48,687 nucleotides of DNA, from positions 1 to 48,687 of the forward strand of contig JANMQV010000061.1 in assembly GCA_031370645.1 (NCBI GenBank), in the 5' to 3' direction. The notes beneath the pieces are model-generated. The model searched no databases. It had not been told where the DNA came from and saw only the letters and a list, made by a program, of their open reading frames with translations. Shown in pieces: positions 1 to 11,541 of this stretch (the stretch's first letter is position 1; each line of letters opens with the position of its first letter). Source of the stretch: Candidatus Eiseniibacteriota bacterium (lineage in GTDB: Bacteria; Eisenbacteria; RBG-16-71-46; SZUA-252). The translations under genes and the position numbers were made by a program.

Positions 1-3000
1 CAAAGTCGGCTCGAGATGCTCTGGTAGAGAAGCCAGTGATTCATCAGCAGATCGAAGGAGTCGTCCGGCGTCCGGACCTCGACGGCGCCAAGGAGCCGAT
101 CCCAGGACCGTTCGACTTCACCGAGCGCCTCGCGGGCGGCGGCGACCGAACCGTGCGCACGCACCAACCGCAGTGCATCGGCGCGATCCTCCCCCTGGCC
201 CAGGAGGAATACGATCTCGCGGGTTTCCCCCGGGGCGAGAACGAGCGAGACGTGAAGGCCCGCGCAGGGATCGAGGCCCGATCCGAAGGTGTTCGACAAA
301 TGGCGGCGGTCGAGCGCGGCCGGCCGACCGATCGTTCCGTTCCGTCCCAAGAACTCCATGCGATCCCCGGTCGCGGAGCTCAACGGGCCGGCGTGGGCAA
401 ACGCGATTCGATTTCGAAAGGCCTGGTTGTACGGATTCTGCGCGAGAAGGGCTGACGTTTCGGCGTCCGACTCGGTGCGCGCGTAGAGGTGCTCGCCGGC
501 ACGCGGCGGACAGAGCCTCCACTCGTTGTATCCGAAAGCGCTCATACGGCGAGACTGAGCCCCCTGGTTCACGACCGTGAGCAAGGCGAACCTCACGGAG
601 TCCGACGGGTGAACGAAGATCGCGAGCTCGTGGTGAAGGGTGCCCTCGCGGTGCGCGTAGCGTGTCACGCCGGCCGCGTGGCGCACGATCCACCGGCCGC
701 CCTGCGGCAACCGGCGCATCGGGCCGGGGCTTGCGCCCCAGGCCTCTCCCGTTTCGTCATCCCGCAAATAGATCGCTTCCCCGGTCGTCTCGGTCACCGG
801 GTCGTTGGCGAACGGAGTGAGCCGGTTTTCACGGCTGTTCTCGGACCACGTATACGAGGGGCCCGCGGTCGTGACGACCGAACCGAATCGGGGATTGGCG
901 AGCACGTTGGCCCAGGGGAGCGGCGTTTCGTCCGAGCCGTTCAGAATCACGACATATTCTTTCCCGTCCGGCGTGAATCCGCCCCGTCCATTCCAAAGCG
1001 TGAGTTCCGGAAGTTCGGCCTCGAGCGATCCAGCCGACTCGGGCCGTGGCCCGAGCGGTTTCTCGAGGTCAACGGCGGCGGCGCGCTCGGGCTCGATGGA
1101 GGCGCGATCAAGACTGTCCTGAAGACTCTCGCCGCCGCCGTCCAGCACAGCCCGTGCCACGGTCAGGAACAGGACTCGTTCGGCTTCGCCCATGGTCTCG
1201 CCCGTAAGCAGATGCGCGCCTCCGGCCCGGTCTTTCCACGAGCCCCATGGCCCTCCCTCGAGCAACGCGCTGAGTTGATCGTGAATCTCGTTCCGATATC
1301 CCACCGGATGCTCGTTCAAGACGACGACGTCCGCGCTGAGGCCCTTGAGCCGCCAGTAGTCCTGGGCTCGAAGCACCTGGCGCACGAGGGAGAGATCGTC
1401 CCCCTCGAGCACGCGAACCAGGAGGATCGGAAGATCCCCCGAGATCCCCTGGCTCCAGAGTCCCGACTGCCCGAGTGCGTTCCGCTCGAGGACCGCCTGC
1501 GGGGCTCCCATCGAGCGGTCGGCGTAGAAGACGCGCGAGGCGAGACGTTCGAAGAGTTGCGCTTCGTCGATCGATACACCCAAGTGTCGAAGCGAGATCG
1601 TGAGCTGCGTCGCGGCGAGGGCGAAGGTTCGCGGCGCGGAAGTGGGATCCGCGTACTTCATGCAGAGCGCGATCGCGGCATCCCGGTCGGCGGCGAACCC
1701 CGTCGCGAAGGAGAGCCGCGCGAACCCGCCCGGAGCGAGCCGGATGCGTTGGCGAAGACTCAAGATGGGATCGAGCGTAGCGCCCGTGGTGCCCGACAGC
1801 GCTCGGCCATCGAGCGCGATCGGATCATCGGGGCCGCGCCCTCGACCGAGAAACCGCATCCGATCGGTCTCCCATTCGACGGCGCTCTGGGTGCGGCCCT
1901 CGATGCTCATCACGTGGATGGCCCACGCGCCGGGCTCCTCTGCGGACCGCTTCCGCCGTCCGCAGAGGAGCGCCGCGGTTTCCGGACGGCACTCCGTCTC
2001 GAGGAACAACTTCCCGAAGACCGGATGCGCCAGGTCGTCGGCAGGCGGCGCGAGAGCCACCTCGACGTAGCTCGTGATCTCGATCTCGCGTTGGTGCGGG
2101 CTTCGATTCGTCAGGGAGAGCCGCCTCACTTCCACGTCGTCCTCGGGAGAGACCGCGATTTCGAGGGAGCTGTCGATTTCCTCCCCGCGATGCTGAATGA
2201 TCGCTTTGTCGGCGAAAAAGTTCGTTCGGTACTCGTCCGGATGTCGTCGCATCGGCTGATACGTCGCCGACCAGACCGCGCCGCTCCGGACGTCGCGCAG
2301 GTAGAGGTACTGGCCACCGGGATCGCAGACCGCGTCTTCTCTCTGCCGCGTCACCGAAAGACCGCGGCAGGCGCTGGCACCGCCGCCGGCGTTGGTGATG
2401 ACCGATACGTAGCGTCCGTTGGAGAGGAACCCCGCGTGCGGGTAGAGGGTGTGGGGAGTGCGGTAGCGTCGGGGCCGCAGAGGCGGAATCGGCGGGGCGA
2501 CGCGCGTCACTTCGATCGGCCGTGGACGAGTCAGAGGCACGAAGCGCGGCACCCGCTCCTGCAAGAGCAATTCCGTCGCCTGGATCCGCGGGTCGGAATG
2601 GAAGCGCGATACCATGCGGTCGTTCAGCAACACATTCGCGAGCGCGACCAAGGTCATTCCCTGATGGTGCGCGAAGTACGCCTCGACCGGCGCGGGGCGA
2701 AGCGTACCGTGAAGCGGCGAGCGGTCCGGCACCCTCTCGGTGTCGCGCGGCGTGTAGTCGACCGCCTCGTAGAAGCCGAGTCGCCCCTCGGCCCCCGCCT
2801 TCGCCAGCCGCCTCAGATTGGCGGTCGCCTCGCTGGGATCCACCATGGCCGCGAGAGCCGATGCATACGGCGCGATCACCAAATCCTCGGACAATCCGCG
2901 CTTCAACCCGAGTTCGGGTACGCCGAACGCCTTGTACTGGTAGATCCCGTGCCGATCCACAACTTGGAATGCCGATTCGGATATTCCCCAGGGCACACCT

Positions 3001-6000
3001 TGGTTTCGCCCGTGGGCGATCTGCGCGCGAACGGCGGCCCGACACGAATGATGGAGGAGCGTGTCCGGATAGCTGCGCATGAGGAGGAGCGGCATGAGGT
3101 ACTCGAACATCGATCCGCTCCAGGAGACCAGGGTCGGAACTCCCGCGACGCTGACGAGGCCGCGCCCCAACTGAAACCAATGTTCTTGAGGGACGTCTCC
3201 CTTCGCGATCGCGAGAAAGCTGGCCAGCCTGGCTTCGGAAGCGAGCAGGTCATAGAACGAGGCGTCCAGCCTCCCGGGACCCTCCATGTCCGCCAGCCGA
3301 TACCCGATGGAGAAAATCCGTCGGCTGCGGTCATACAGAAACGTGAAGTTCATCGCGTTGGCGATCGCTTCCGCGCGATCGGCAAGCACCGCGCCTCGCT
3401 TGCCGCCCTCCGTGCTCCCCGGTCCGGGCTCCGCGTCGAGACGACGCACCCCGGCCGCAAGCGCGAGTAGCGATCCCGCCAAGTTCGCGCTGTCCACCGT
3501 CGACACGTATCGCGGCTGTAGCGGCGCTAGGCTCTCGATGTTGTACCAGTTCAGCAAGTGCCCTTCATGCTTCTCCAGTCCCTCGACCGTCGTGATCGTC
3601 CGGTCGATTCGATCCAGGGCCTCCGGGACGCCCAGGAATCCCAAGTCGCACGCCGAGAGGGTTGAGAGCAGCGCCATGCCTACGTTCGTCGGCGACGTGC
3701 GGTTGGCTACCAGACGCGTCGGTTTCTCCTGAATATTGTCCGGCGGTAGCCAGTGTCCGGCATCGCCCATCGACGACTCGAAATATCCCCATGTATTCCG
3801 CGCGACGTCGCGGAGATAGTCTCGGTCGCGCGCGCTGAGCACGATCGCATGCGGGCGTGCGGGCCGGCTAAGCCAGTACGCGACGAGCGGCGCGCCAGAC
3901 CAGAGAAGAAGCAACGGCGCGGCCGCGGCGATCGCTTGGGGCTTCGACGCCAGAGTCGCCGCGTAGAGCGCCGCCGCGACCACGGGGCTCATCCACATCC
4001 CGTCTGCGAACGCGCGAAGTCCATCACGACCGGAAAGCCCCGCGGCGCGCGCCGCCGCCGTTGCCGCGGTCTCCCATTCGAGCATCATCCGTTGCGTGAC
4101 GATCATCCTGACGAGCGTCAGCGAGATGGCGTGGACCATCGCGTAGGCGTGATAGGCGAGAAGGGTGAGTTCGAGGATGACTTGCGCCGCGGCGACCGCC
4201 AGTTCCTCCCGCAAGTCTCGAAGGAACACGCCGACCGGCTGATTTCCGGCGGGCCCTCGGATGGCGCGCCACAGCTGCGGATAGATCGGAAAACTCACGG
4301 CCGCGAGCGCGGCGAGCGTCCACAACCAAGGCGCTCCCGGAAGCCAGGTCCATGCCGAGGCGAAGAGCGCGAGCGTGGTCGGCGCGACGAGGCTTCGCCT
4401 CAGATTGTCGAGGATCTTCCAACGGCTGATGACGGGGAGGCGGTTCCGTTCCACCCCATTCCGTGCGGGCACCCAGGGAAAGAGCCAGGCCAGGATCTGC
4501 CAATCGCCTCGAACCCAGCGGCGCTGGCGACCCGCGTGCGCCAGGATGCTCGACGGAAAGTCGTCGACCAGTTCCACGTCGGAGACCAAGGCCGTTCGTG
4601 CGTAGATCCCCTCGAACAGATCGTGCGAGAGCAGGGCGTTCTCCGGGACGCGTCCCTCGAGCGCGGCCGTGAACGCGTCCACGTCATACAAACCCTTACC
4701 CGTGAAGATGCCCTCGCTGAACAAGTCCTGATAGGTGTCCGAGACGGCCGTCGTGTAGGGATCCACCCCCGTGTGACCCGCGTAGACGCGAGCGAACAGT
4801 GAGCCCGCCGCGCTCGACATCGTGACGCTCACGCGCGGCTGGAGGATTCCGTAGCCCGACGTGACGCGGCGGAGCCGGGGATCGAAATGAGGTCGATTGA
4901 GAGGATGCTGGATGATTCCGATCAGCTGGCTGGCGGCGTCGCGGGGCAGACGGGTGTCCGCATCCAACGTGATGACGTAGCGGATTTGCTCGAGAACCGA
5001 GCGGTCGCCGACCATGACCTGGAACGAGGTGTTGGCCGCGCCGCGCAGCAGCGCGTTGAATTCTTCGAGCTTTCCGCGCTTCCGCTCCCATCCCATCCAC
5101 ACGCCCTGCCGCGGGTTCCACTGCCGTGGCCGGTGGAACAGGTAAAACCGGTCATCCCGGCCGTTTCCGTGCCGTGTGTTGAGCGCCTCGATGCCCGCAA
5201 CCGCCGCGGCCAGAATCTGCTGATCCTCGGGGCGATCCGCCTCCGTCGCGTCCGGAAAATCGGTGAGCAGCGCGTAGTGGAGGTGCGGATCCGCGTTTCC
5301 CAATGCCTGCACCTCAAGGTGCTCGATCTGCGCTCGCGCGCCCGCGATGCTTCCGAGAAGCATCGGCACGACCACCATGGTGCGCGATTCCTCGGGGACG
5401 CCGCCTTTCAGCTCCACCCTCGGCAATCGCCTCGGCCGCGCGACGCGATGTACCCCCCGTTGGACGATCGACGAGGCGACCTGGCTCACCGGTACCAGGG
5501 AAAGGAGCCCGATCCACGGCAAGAGCGACTCGGCGGCGCCCTGGCTTCGCGCGTAGAGCATCCCCGCGGCGGCTCCCAGCGCGGTGAGGAGCGCGATCGA
5601 ACCGAGATAGAGGGGAACGCACCGACGAAAGATGAAGCGGCGAATTCGTTGTTTGAAGCGCGGGACATACGCGACATCGAGTTCGAAATCACGGCGTCCG
5701 GCGCCGATCAGGTGGTACCCGATATGTCCGCTTGGATCGTCCTGGCGTCGTGCTCCGACTTGCCGCGCGCTCTCGACCGCCCGCAGCGCCACACGAACCT
5801 GCGCCTCGCCAGTCGGCTCGGAAAGCTCCTCGACCGCCTGGCGATAACGGTCCCGGCTTGCGAAGTCCATTTGGGTGTAAACGCCGGCGGGATCGCGCTG
5901 GAGAACCTGCTCCATGAGGCTCACCCGCTCGATCGTGCGGTTCCAATCCGTGCTGGCGACCAGTCGCAGTCCCGTGATCGAGTTCCCCATGGACGTCTGC

Positions 6001-6833
6001 CCCATGGTCTGAAGTTGGTGTTCGGAGCGAACGGCTTCGTCGACGCCGAATCCCTCGAGCGTGAGCCTTCGCTCGAGCTCGATCCTCAGTTCCGCGATCC
6101 GCGGGCCAAGCTCTCGCGTGCGCTGAATCAGCTGGACCACGAACCCGTTCGATAGACGCTCGGGCAAGGCCGGGAGCGGCTCTTTCGCCGCGGTCGATTC
6201 GAGTCTCGCGAAGTATCGGTCCGCCGCAACTTCGCCCGAGCGGCTTTCCATGATCTCGTCGACGAGCCGCCTGACGTTCTCGATGAGGCTGAGCTTGAGC
6301 ATACTGGGCCACGCCCAAAGCTCGCCGAGGGTGAGCGGCGCCACCGTTTGGTAGGCGCTCACGAAGTGCGTCAGTCGGTGAAGATCGAAACGCGCGTCAC
6401 TATGGCGAATGAATTCGAGCGACATGGCGTGCACTCGCGCCATGCCTGCCAACTCCCGGAGAGCGAGTTTGGGGAGATCGCGGTAGAAGCGTTGCGGAAG
6501 ATTCTTCCGAACTTCGAGAAGCTCCGATTCCAGGAGATGGAAGTTGTCGAGCAGCCACTCCGCTGCCGGAGCCACGGCCTCGCCGCGGCGCACATCGGTG
6601 GCCAACACCTGGTACGCGGCGCGGAGTACCCGGGCGTTCTCCTGCAATCGAGAGAGGAAGCGGCTAGGGTGATCGCGAGGATTGCGCGCCAGGGTGTATC
6701 TCGCCGCCAGCACACGCGCGCGCTCCTCGAGATGTTCGACACTAAGGAGTTCGCCTCGGAGGGGAGATGTATCCGAACCGGGCCATCGTCGGTTCGGTTT
6801 ACCCCCGCTTCCGAGACTCCAGCTCATGATCAT
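1..6833 (-). CDS. cgs: Cyclic beta-1,2-glucan synthase (Cgs/NdvB/ChvB type; GT84 plus GH94 phosphorylase region), 3' end truncated by the window edge
   Basis: Hand translation of the minus strand from ATG 6833 (in-frame alternatives 6827 and 6863) gives [140 protein letters not shown] and [19 protein letters not shown] at the edge. The frame is the same at both ends, and the ORF track lists no minus-strand ORF in this frame, as expected for one ORF with no stop in the window. Confidence 0.93.
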   Translation of the reverse strand, partial: MIMSWSLGSGGKPNRRWPGSDTSPLRGELLSVEHLEERARVLAARYTLARNPRDHPSRFLSRLQENARVLRAAYQVLATDVRRGEAVAPAAEWLLDNFHLLESELLEVRKNLPQRFYRDLPKLALRELAGMARVHAMSLEFIRHSDARFDLHRLTHFVSAYQTVAPLTLGELWAWPSMLKLSLIENVRRLVDEIMESRSGEVAADRYFARLESTAAKEPLPALPERLSNGFVVQLIQRTRELGPRIAELRIELERRLTLEGFGVDEAVRSEHQLQTMGQTSMGNSITGLRLVASTDWNRTIERVSLMEQVLQRDPAGVYTQMDFASRDRYRQAVEELSEPTGEAQVRVALRAVESARQVGARRQDDPSGHIGYHLIGAGRRDFELDVAYVPRFKQRIRRFIFRRCVPLYLGSIALLTALGAAAGMLYARSQGAAESLLPWIGLLSLVPVSQVASSIVQRGVHRVARPRRLPRVELKGGVPEESRTMVVVPMLLGSIAGARAQIEHLEVQALGNADPHLHYALLTDFPDATEADRPEDQQILAAAVAGIEALNTRHGNGRDDRFYLFHRPRQWNPRQGVWMGWERKRGKLEEFNALLRGAANTSFQVMVGDRSVLEQIRYVITLDADTRLPRDAASQLIGIIQHPLNRPHFDPRLRRVTSGYGILQPRVSVTMSSAAGSLFARVYAGHTGVDPYTTAVSDTYQDLFSEGIFTGKGLYDVDAFTAALEGRVPENALLSHDLFEGIYARTALVSDVELVDDFPSSILAHAGRQRRWVRGDWQILAWLFPWVPARNGVERNRLPVISRWKILDNLRRSLVAPTTLALFASAWTWLPGAPWLWTLAALAAVSFPIYPQLWRAIRGPAGNQPVGVFLRDLREELAVAAAQVILELTLLAYHAYAMVHAISLTLVRMIVTQRMMLEWETAATAAARAAGLSGRDGLRAFADGMWMSPVVAAALYAATLASKPQAIAAAAPLLLLWSGAPLVAYWLSRPARPHAIVLSARDRDYLRDVARNTWGYFESSMGDAGHWLPPDNIQEKPTRLVANRTSPTNVGMALLSTLSACDLGFLGVPEALDRIDRTITTVEGLEKHEGHLLNWYNIESLAPLQPRYVSTVDSANLAGSLLALAAGVRRLDAEPGPGSTEGGKRGAVLADRAEAIANAMNFTFLYDRSRRIFSIGYRLADMEGPGRLDASFYDLLASEARLASFLAIAKGDVPQEHWFQLGRGLVSVAGVPTLVSWSGSMFEYLMPLLLMRSYPDTLLHHSCRAAVRAQIAHGRNQGVPWGISESAFQVVDRHGIYQYKAFGVPELGLKRGLSEDLVIAPYASALAAMVDPSEATANLRRLAKAGAEGRLGFYEAVDYTPRDTERVPDRSPLHGTLRPAPVEAYFAHHQGMTLVALANVLLNDRMVSRFHSDPRIQATELLLQERVPRFVPLTRPRPIEVTRVAPPIPPLRPRRYRTPHTLYPHAGFLSNGRYVSVITNAGGGASACRGLSVTRQREDAVCDPGGQYLYLRDVRSGAVWSATYQPMRRHPDEYRTNFFADKAIIQHRGEEIDSSLEIAVSPEDDVEVRRLSLTNRSPHQREIEITSYVEVALAPPADDLAHPVFGKLFLETECRPETAALLCGRRKRSAEEPGAWAIHVMSIEGRTQSAVEWETDRMRFLGRGRGPDDPIALDGRALSGTTGATLDPILSLRQRIRLAPGGFARLSFATGFAADRDAAIALCMKYADPTSAPRTFALAATQLTISLRHLGVSIDEAQLFERLASRVFYADRSMGAPQAVLERNALGQSGLWSQGISGDLPILLVRVLEGDDLSLVRQVLRAQDYWRLKGLSADVVVLNEHPVGYRNEIHDQLSALLEGGPWGSWKDRAGGAHLLTGETMGEAERVLFLTVARAVLDGGGESLQDSLDRASIEPERAAAVDLEKPLGPRPESAGSLEAELPELTLWNGRGGFTPDGKEYVVILNGSDETPLPWANVLANPRFGSVVTTAGPSYTWSENSRENRLTPFANDPVTETTGEAIYLRDDETGEAWGASPGPMRRLPQGGRWIVRHAAGVTRYAHREGTLHHELAIFVHPSDSVRFALLTVVNQGAQSRRMSAFGYNEWRLCPPRAGEHLYARTESDAETSALLAQNPYNQAFRNRIAFAHAGPLSSATGDRMEFLGRNGTIGRPAALDRRHLSNTFGSGLDPCAGLHVSLVLAPGETREIVFLLGQGEDRADALRLVRAHGSVAAAREALGEVERSWDRLLGAVEVRTPDDSFDLLMNHWLLYQSISSRL

Positions 6834-7111
6834 GGGGACGGGGGAACCCTCCTGCGCTGACATTTCTATCCGCGACAAATTCGATCAAGCGTACACGTGA
6901 TGCGGGGTGACCTCCTACGTATTCCCCACTTCCTGCAGCGTACTGAGAAAGTTGACGTCGCTAACCTTTTGAAAAAGTCTCCGCGAATTTGAATCTCCTT
7001 CCATTCTGGTCGACGATTCGCCCTCGGCGAGCCCCTTCCGACGCCACCCGGAATCGTTCTAGCAGCGTCGCTCGCAACGACCTAAGGGACCAACGACCCT
7101 CCTGCTCCAGG

Positions 7112-7126
7112 TGGCACCGTTCCTGC
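7112..7126 (+). promoter_or_regulatory. Sigma-54 (-24/-12) promoter candidate for the first DUF3494 gene
   Basis: TGGCAC-cgttc-CTGC with exact GG-N10-GC spacing, about 170 bp upstream of ATG 7293. Confidence 0.6.
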
Positions 7127-7292
7127 GTAGCTTGTAGCGACGGGAAGTTCTTCGGAGGTCGCCGCGGTGGTCTCCTCGACGCTCGGGCAACGCGGATTCA
7201 ACCCCATGCCGGGGAGTCCGGCACTCTTCGATCGTGATCGAATGGAGTTGGCCGTGAAACAACCAGGGCAGCAATGAATTGTGGAGGAGCAA

Positions 7293-8021
7293 ATGATGAG
7301 TAGGGGCAGGAAACATTCGTGGATCTTGGCTTCGGTGCTTGCGGTCGCCGTGGCCGGATGCTGCGACTCGGATCAAGTACTCGGTGTGCGGCAAAGTGGC
7401 GGAAGCGGTCCAGCAGCCGTGCCTCTCGGAACCACCGGGACGTTCGTGGTTCTCGCGGGCTCTACCGTGACGAATACCGGCGGGACGGCAGTTACGGGAG
7501 ATCTCGGAGTGAGTCCCGGTGCGGCCGTGATCGGATTTCCGCCGGGAACCGTGACCGGAACCATCCACGCGGCTGACCCCGCGGCGGCTACGGCCAAATC
7601 CGACCTGACGGTGGCGTACAACGACGCCGCGGGGCGGACGACCGGCGTGATCACCGTCGCCGGCGATTTGGGCGGCCTGACCTTGACGCCCGGTCTGTAC
7701 AAATCGACTTCATCGTTGGGGATCACGGGAACGCTGACTCTCAACGCCCTCGGGAACTCGAGTGCCATCTTCATCATTCAGATAGCGTCTACGCTAACCA
7801 CGGGACCCGCCAGCCAGATCGTCCTGAGCGGCGGCGCCCTGTCTTCCAACATCATCTGGCAGGTAGGCACTTCAGCGACCCTCGGCACGAACTCCGTGTT
7901 CAAGGGAACCATTCTGGCTGATCAGTCGATCACGCTGAACACCGGTGCGAAGCTGGACGGAAGAGCGTTGGCTCGGATCGGCGCGGTGACATTGGATACC
8001 AATGCCATCGCTAATCCATGA
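7293..8021 (+). CDS. Ice-binding-like DUF3494 lipoprotein
   Basis: RBS GGAGGAG; lipobox VAG-C; DUF3494 motifs FVVLAGSTVTNTG, GDLGVSPG, DLTVAYNDAAGR, LGGLTLTPGLY, WQVGTSATLGT, GRALARIGAVTLD. Confidence 0.92.
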   Translation: MMSRGRKHSWILASVLAVAVAGCCDSDQVLGVRQSGGSGPAAVPLGTTGTFVVLAGSTVTNTGGTAVTGDLGVSPGAAVIGFPPGTVTGTIHAADPAAATAKSDLTVAYNDAAGRTTGVITVAGDLGGLTLTPGLYKSTSSLGITGTLTLNALGNSSAIFIIQIASTLTTGPASQIVLSGGALSSNIIWQVGTSATLGTNSVFKGTILADQSITLNTGAKLDGRALARIGAVTLDTNAIANP

Positions 8022-8086
8022 GGTCCGAACGTAGTCTTGGGCGGCCGCGCGAGAATGGCCCGGCGTCAAACAGGAAAGGGCATTCC

Positions 8087-9331
8087 ATGCGAAGCAAGAT
8101 TGTGGGACTTCTCGCCGTACTCCTTGTGGCAGCGGGCCCGGCCTTCGCCGGCGGAGGCGAGAAGGGTGACTGGGAACTCGGTGTGTACGGCGGTTACGGG
8201 TGGCTGGACGACTACGGAATGTTCCACCCCAAGAACGACATGCTCTATGGGGCACGGTTCGGACACTTCTTCTCGTCAAGGTGGAGTATGGAAATCTCCG
8301 CGCAGCGCCTTAGCACGAAGACGGAGTTCGACATCCTCGGGCTTGAGGACGTGGAAGCGAAGCTCGACGGCTACCGTTTCAACGTGCTCTACAACTTCGG
8401 CGCAGGCAAGACGTTTCGGCCGTTCCTGACCGCGGGCGTCGGTAAGGAAAAGTTCAGTGCCGCGAATTTTGGTGAGTCGTGCGATTTTGGGTGGAACGCC
8501 GGCGCGGGCTTCCGGTTGTTCATGTCGCCCCATTGGAACCTTCGAATGGACGGCCGGTATGTGAATGCGAAAGTTGGCGCTCCAATCGACGAATCGCAGA
8601 AGAACATGGAATTGACTTTGGGTCTCGGCTGGGTGATCGGCGGTCACAAGACCGAGTCGACGCCGGAAGCACACGTCGAGCCAGCGGCTGCCAATCAGGC
8701 CCCGAGCGTGGTCTGTTCGAGCGAGCGGGCGGAAATCCTGCCGGGCGAGAGCGTGGGCCTGAGAGCCACCGCATCCGATCCCGAGGGCGACCCGCTGACC
8801 TACAAATGGAGCACCACCACGGGCCGAGTGACGGGTGACGGTGCGAACGCCACGTTCGATTTCACCGGCACGACCTCGCCGGCCACCGCAACCATCACTA
8901 CCCGTGTCTCCGACAACCACGGCAATGCCGCATCGTGCGATAACACGGTGCGCTTGCGTGAGCCGGTCAAGGCGGCCGAAGCGGTCTCCTGCATCGCCGG
9001 CGGTTTCCCGAAGAACCAGCCGCTCGTCGGTAATCTCGACAAGGCATGCCTTGACGACGTCGCCCAACGGCTCAACAACGATCCGCGGGCACGAGTGGTC
9101 ATCATCGGCCATGCCGATAGCCACGAGAAGTCCACGGAGCTTTCCGGACGGCGCGCTGAAGCCGTAAAGGAATACCTAGTGAAGGAGCGGAGCATCGATG
9201 GATCGCGAATCTCGACTCGCTCCGCCGACGCAACCAAGCCGCTGGACAACGGAACCGATGCCGCCGCACAGGCCCGAAACCGGCGTGTCGAGGTATGGTT
9301 CGTGCCCGAGGGCGCGGAGGTGCCGGAATAG
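8087..9331 (+). CDS. OmpA-family protein: signal peptide, outer-membrane beta-barrel, Ig/PKD-like domain, OmpA C-terminal peptidoglycan-binding domain
   Basis: Signal peptide ending AFA; alternating aromatic barrel strands ending LGLGW; ASDPEGDPLTYKWS Ig/PKD-like motif; IIGHADS and ARNRRVEV OmpA-C motifs. Confidence 0.88.
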   Translation: MRSKIVGLLAVLLVAAGPAFAGGGEKGDWELGVYGGYGWLDDYGMFHPKNDMLYGARFGHFFSSRWSMEISAQRLSTKTEFDILGLEDVEAKLDGYRFNVLYNFGAGKTFRPFLTAGVGKEKFSAANFGESCDFGWNAGAGFRLFMSPHWNLRMDGRYVNAKVGAPIDESQKNMELTLGLGWVIGGHKTESTPEAHVEPAAANQAPSVVCSSERAEILPGESVGLRATASDPEGDPLTYKWSTTTGRVTGDGANATFDFTGTTSPATATITTRVSDNHGNAASCDNTVRLREPVKAAEAVSCIAGGFPKNQPLVGNLDKACLDDVAQRLNNDPRARVVIIGHADSHEKSTELSGRRAEAVKEYLVKERSIDGSRISTRSADATKPLDNGTDAAAQARNRRVEVWFVPEGAEVPE

Positions 9332-9383
9332 GCGGGACGACCGCCTGAAGTACCACGAGTCGAATCATCTCTAGATGGTATTT

Positions 9384-9411
9384 CGGGGCGGGCTCGAGAG
9401 GGCTCGCCCCG
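9384..9411 (+). terminator. Probable intrinsic terminator hairpin after the OmpA gene
   Basis: CGGGGCGGGCTC-GAGA-GGGCTCGCCCCG stem with a GNRA loop, followed by CTTGCTT (weak U tract). Confidence 0.55.
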
Positions 9412-9459
9412 CTTGCTTCACCCTTCATGGGGACGGGTCACCAAACATGGAACGCTGCA

Positions 9460-11430
9460 ATGAGTAAGCCACTCTTCATCTCCCTTGTCACCGCGCTCGC
9501 GCTCTCCGGAGTGCCGGCACAGGCGCAGAATTGGATCCCCGTGGGCGCACCGGGCGGAAACGTGCGCGCGCTCGCCGCGGACCCACGCGACCCTCAGCGG
9601 GTCTACCTCGGCGCTTCCGACGGGATCCTCTATCGTTCGGATAACGGTGGCGCGCAATGGCGCCGACTGGGCCCCGAACTCCCCCTGCGCGGCTGTAGCC
9701 TGGACGAGATCGTGGTCGACGCACGCGGTGTCGTGTACGTCGGCTATCGAGAGATCAACGGGAGTGGCGGCGGTGTCGCCCGAAGCGCCGACGGCGGAGA
9801 GACCCTTGTGGTGTTGAAGGGAGTCGACGGCGAGTCGGTTCGTGCGCTGGCCGTGGCTCCTTCGGACTCGCGCGTGATCGCCGCGGGGACTCTCACCGGC
9901 GTGTTTCTATCGAGTGACGGCGGGCAGCGTTGGACGCGTATCACGCCCGGGGGCCATCCGGACCTTCGCAACATCGAGTCTCTGGCCTTCGACCCGATCG
10001 ATCCGGACGTCATGTATGCCGGCACGTGGCACCTGGTCTGGAAGACTCGCAACGGCGGCGTCACATGGTTCCCCGTGCACAGCGGCATGATCGACGACTC
10101 CGACGTGATGACCCTGACCGTCGACCCTCTCCATCCGCGAACGATCTACTCCACCGCGTGCACCGGCATTTACCGCTCGACCGATGGCGCCAGGGAGTGG
10201 ACGAAGCTGGGTGGGATTCCCTTCTCAAGCCGGCGTACGCGCGCATTTTCCCAAGGCGGCGACGACGGGAACTCGCTGCTGGCGGGCACGACGGAAGGTC
10301 TCTGGATCAGCGAAGACGGCGGAGGCGCGTGGTGGCGGGCGACCCCTCAAGAGCTGATCATCAACGCGCTGATCGTGCAGCCGGACGGCACCATCATCCT
10401 CGGTACCGAGGGGGCAGGTGTCCTCCAAAGCTCGGACCGCGGCCGTACCTGGGCCGCTACCAACACCGGTTTCTCCGAGCGATTCGTCTCCAGACTCTTG
10501 TTCGACGCCGCGGGAAGGCGGCTGCTCGTCGCGGTGTGGGGCACGCCTCGCTACGGCGGCGTCTTTGTTTCGCCGGGCGTGCGCGGGCCCTGGACCCGCC
10601 TCGGCCAGGGCTTGGATGATCGCCAGGTGCTTTCGTTGGCTCTCTTGGGCGATCGGATCTTTGCAGGAACCGACGATGGGATCTTTGAGTGGGCCCCTGA
10701 GGGGGCGGACTGGACCCGCTTGCCCACTCGTCTCGAGGGACGGGAGGCACATCCACGCGTGACCGGGCTGCTCGCCACACCACCCCGCCGACTTCTCGCC
10801 GCGACGTCAAAGGGAGTGATGCGCAGTCCCGACGGGGGCCGAACCTGGACCCAACCGATTCTCGGGAGCGCCGATAACATTTCCGATCTCGCGGTGTCCC
10901 CCGACGATATCGATCGGGTCGTGACCGCGACGCGCTCGGGGATGTTCCGGAGCGACGACGGCGGCAAAACCTGGCATCGGATCTCGCCGGGGCTGGGAGG
11001 TGTGACGCCGCACGCGCTCGCCTTCACGCCATCCAATGACCGTGTCCTCTTCGCCACGACGTCGGGCGGGCTGTTTCGTTCCGGCGATCAGGGCGTCACG
11101 TGGAAGCGTGTCGACGGCGGGATCCCGCACTCCGACCTTACCGGAATCGCCGTCCATCCGGATGGGCGCACGATCTACGCGAGCGACTTCACCTGGGGTG
11201 GCATCTATCGCAGCGTTGACGGTGGATCAAAGTGGGCTCGGATGCCCACCGAGGGTCTGGGGTCCGACCGCGTGTGGACGCTCTGCCTCGATCCAGCCGC
11301 ACCAGATTCACTGCTGGCGTCATCGTTGGCTGGTGGTCTCCACTTGCTGGTGCCGGGCTCCGCCACCACGGGCGCCACTACAAGCGCCACCACGGGTGCC
11401 AGCGCGAACGATCGGAACAGGCAGCGCTAA
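9460..11430 (+). CDS. Secreted BNR/Asp-box repeat beta-propeller protein (VPS10/GH74-like fold)
   Basis: Signal peptide ending AQA; about 11-13 SxDxGxTW Asp-boxes (RSDNGGAQW, LSSDGGQRW, RSPDGGRTW, RSDDGGKTW, RSVDGGSKW and others). Confidence 0.85.
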   Translation: MSKPLFISLVTALALSGVPAQAQNWIPVGAPGGNVRALAADPRDPQRVYLGASDGILYRSDNGGAQWRRLGPELPLRGCSLDEIVVDARGVVYVGYREINGSGGGVARSADGGETLVVLKGVDGESVRALAVAPSDSRVIAAGTLTGVFLSSDGGQRWTRITPGGHPDLRNIESLAFDPIDPDVMYAGTWHLVWKTRNGGVTWFPVHSGMIDDSDVMTLTVDPLHPRTIYSTACTGIYRSTDGAREWTKLGGIPFSSRRTRAFSQGGDDGNSLLAGTTEGLWISEDGGGAWWRATPQELIINALIVQPDGTIILGTEGAGVLQSSDRGRTWAATNTGFSERFVSRLLFDAAGRRLLVAVWGTPRYGGVFVSPGVRGPWTRLGQGLDDRQVLSLALLGDRIFAGTDDGIFEWAPEGADWTRLPTRLEGREAHPRVTGLLATPPRRLLAATSKGVMRSPDGGRTWTQPILGSADNISDLAVSPDDIDRVVTATRSGMFRSDDGGKTWHRISPGLGGVTPHALAFTPSNDRVLFATTSGGLFRSGDQGVTWKRVDGGIPHSDLTGIAVHPDGRTIYASDFTWGGIYRSVDGGSKWARMPTEGLGSDRVWTLCLDPAAPDSLLASSLAGGLHLLVPGSATTGATTSATTGASANDRNRQR

Positions 11431-11541
11431 TCACCGTGCCGACGCGATGTCGGGGCCTTATTCCGCAATGCGATTCGGGCTGACGCCGGCCGCCGCGGCG
11501 GCGTTCAGAACGGAGGCCGCTTCCCGATCGCCTGGTGAACC

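Noticed and set aside
489-6155. Long plus-strand ORFs (489..3470, 3753..4802, 4887..6155)
   Set aside because: Antisense shadows of the cgs gene in high-GC DNA; Arg-rich with no recognisable motifs.
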